IMG/VR virus record: IMGVR_UViG_3300030397_000879
Span: 1 to 26,837 of that record
Source of the DNA: a virus
Taxonomy: Duplodnaviria > Caudoviricetes
Length of the DNA: 26,837 nt
Reading direction: 5' to 3' (one strand)
Shown: positions 25,525 to 26,837 of the stretch, one piece after another
Position numbering within the stretch: the first letter of the stretch is position 1
Layout: every line of letters begins with the position of its first letter
Translations under genes and position numbers: made by a program
The notes under the pieces: generated by a model
The model's database searches: none
What the model saw: only the letters and a program-made list of their open reading frames with translations
What the model was told of the DNA's origin: nothing

Positions 25525-25612
25525 AAGTATCGACCACGTATAAAACACAATTCACTCAATATTCTTTATAAAATAAAGGGACGTTTTTGCTACGTGCCCA
25601 ACCCAGCAATAC

Positions 25613-25807
25613 ATGAAATACATCAGACGCAACCACAAGCCCAAAGGGGCAGTTATTCATCAAATGATTGATTCCCACAGCTTAGGGTATCAATCTGCTT
25701 GTGGCCTCACCCTAAGTACCAGGAGCTGGTCAGTGGTGCCCACGGCCCCACGGGGGCGCATTTGCAATACATGCTCATCCAGTAAAGTATGGAAAAGGAA
25801 GGGATAA
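25613..25807 (+). CDS. Hypothetical basic protein (H/C zinc-binding-like)
   Basis: H ... ACG ... CNTC; weak SD. Confidence 0.45.
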   Translation: MKYIRRNHKPKGAVIHQMIDSHSLGYQSACGLTLSTRSWSVVPTAPRGRICNTCSSSKVWKRKG

Positions 25808-25809
25808 CG

Positions 25810-26028
25810 ATGACAAACTGCGAACATAAGACTTATGCAATATTGTCTAACAACGAAGGGTATTCTGTTTTACGGTGTACCGATGGCTGTGGGGAGCTGT
25901 TGATTGCTGTGGATGGACAACGGGGGATTCACCACACCATAAAGCTGAGTGAGTATGTGGGGGTTGTCAATGCCAATTGGGGACCAATTTGGTTAGCTGC
26001 CAAGCAAATTAACCAGGCAAAAGCATGA
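25810..26028 (+). CDS. Hypothetical protein
   Basis: SD AAGGGA, ATG 25810; CEH ... CTDGC. Confidence 0.55.
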   Translation: MTNCEHKTYAILSNNEGYSVLRCTDGCGELLIAVDGQRGIHHTIKLSEYVGVVNANWGPIWLAAKQINQAKA

Positions 26029-26276
26029 ATTTTTGTTTTTTTTGAAAAAGCCACAAATTCACGCTTTCTTTATGGACGGATTGCCATATAATTTGCCATA
26101 CTTAGTCAGATTCAGTGCCAATATAACCAATAGCAAAACAATTACATAAAAACAGACAGCCCCACAATTGGAACTTGCGAGGCTGTCGCGCATCAGTGTT
26201 TTACCCAACTAGAACACAAAAGATGCCAAGAAAAAGGAATAATAATATGATACCTAAAATTAGAACATGCGACCTA

Positions 26277-26304
26277 TTGACTTTTACTACAAAATCTTTA
26301 AGAT
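26277..26304 (+). promoter_or_regulatory. Putative sigma70-type promoter
   Basis: TTGACT (26277-82)-N16-TAAGAT (26299-304); predicted +1 near 26311. Confidence 0.5.
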
Positions 26305-26344
26305 TGTTCGTGCAACGTCAAGAATTTAATAATTTCGATTGTAG

Positions 26345-26415
26345 AACAAAGCCCTTGGCTTATCATTTTCTTGGCGTTGCAACCAAATTTGATAGGTCAA
26401 GGGCTTTGTTTTTTT
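26345..26415 (+). ncRNA. Structured antisense-loop / attenuator hairpin 4
   Basis: 21-bp stem 26345-65/26390-410 with 2 G-U pairs. The loop is complementary to 26311-24 (via 26368-81) and to 26223-34. A U-tract follows. Confidence 0.7.
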
Positions 26416-26421
26416 CAATAC

Positions 26422-26457
26422 AAAAAGGGCTAGGTCGTGAGAGAAACGACCTAGCCC
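26422..26457. terminator. Perfect 12-bp hairpin; terminator-like on the minus strand
   Basis: GGGCTAGGTCGT(26427-38)/ACGACCTAGCCC(26446-57) preceded by AAAAA. Confidence 0.55.
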
Positions 26458-26485
26458 CCACCAACATTATCAACGGAGGTTAATA

Positions 26486-26837
26486 ATGTCTTCAACAAAA
26501 CAAAATGAGCTATCCTTGCCTGAAGTCAAAAAACGTCCACCTATGGCACACATCAAGCAAGTAAATGATTACTTGCAAGAGATGTTGCTTGGAATGGCAG
26601 CGAACTATTCGGATCGTGTGATCTACCAGGTTGAAAGGGAAGCCATTGACCGTCTGATTGCCATCGAGAAAGAATTGAAAACTGTATTGCCTAAGACAGC
26701 TCACGCGCTGTTGGCTGAACTCATTGACATCTATAACATCGAAGTGTCTAAAGTAGGCCATACATGCTTCTTTGCAGGTTTGCATTTTCCCAAGGCTTTA
26801 CAACAACTTGATGCCAATTGGATCGTGACTGGGAAAC
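26486..26837 (+). CDS. Hypothetical helical protein, truncated by the window end
   Basis: SD GGAGGT, ATG 26486, frame open to the window end (MSSTKQNELSLPEVKK...). Absent from the ORF track because there is no stop. Confidence 0.75.
   Translation, partial: MSSTKQNELSLPEVKKRPPMAHIKQVNDYLQEMLLGMAANYSDRVIYQVEREAIDRLIAIEKELKTVLPKTAHALLAELIDIYNIEVSKVGHTCFFAGLHFPKALQQLDANWIVTGK

Noticed and set aside
24166-25577. Shared 12-mer TTATAAAATAAA at 24166-77 and 25566-77
   Set aside because: It could be a -10 region, but it is low-complexity AT-rich sequence with no matching -35.
1-26837. CRISPR array, tRNA or rRNA genes, IS elements
   Set aside because: No regularly spaced repeats, cloverleaf with T-loop consensus, or transposase motifs were seen by eye.

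Overview
This window is a tailed dsDNA phage or prophage segment with siphovirus-like gene order, transcribed almost entirely on the + strand. Bases ~949-19077 hold a complete virion morphogenesis module: terminase small and large subunits, portal, SPP1 gp7-like minor head, scaffold, major capsid, neck genes, tail tube, frameshifted tail chaperones, tape measure, Dit and hub. It ends in membrane/holin-like genes with no recognisable endolysin. The module is bracketed by two copies (offset 18,950 bp) of a ~600-bp cassette made of a structured leader plus an HNH endonuclease gene. Bases ~20073-26837 are an accessory region of small, mostly Cys-rich ORFs, an ASCH-like gene and a HAD-IIIA phosphatase. 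The most striking signal is non-coding: a family of 4-5 leaders in which a long stem with an (A)AGCC(C).../...(G)GGCUUU base exposes a 14-15-nt loop that is antisense to a site at the transcript 5' end and/or to the RBS of the next gene. In the two HNH cassettes the proteins are nearly identical, yet stem, loop and both targets have changed together, giving what look like two orthogonal antisense switches reminiscent of P4 CI and P1 C4 RNAs. A second covarying motif, a mini H-type pseudoknot, precedes both the scaffold and capsid genes. No integrase, replication genes, tRNA, rRNA or CRISPR array is visible. All product calls come from motifs and synteny, not database searches.
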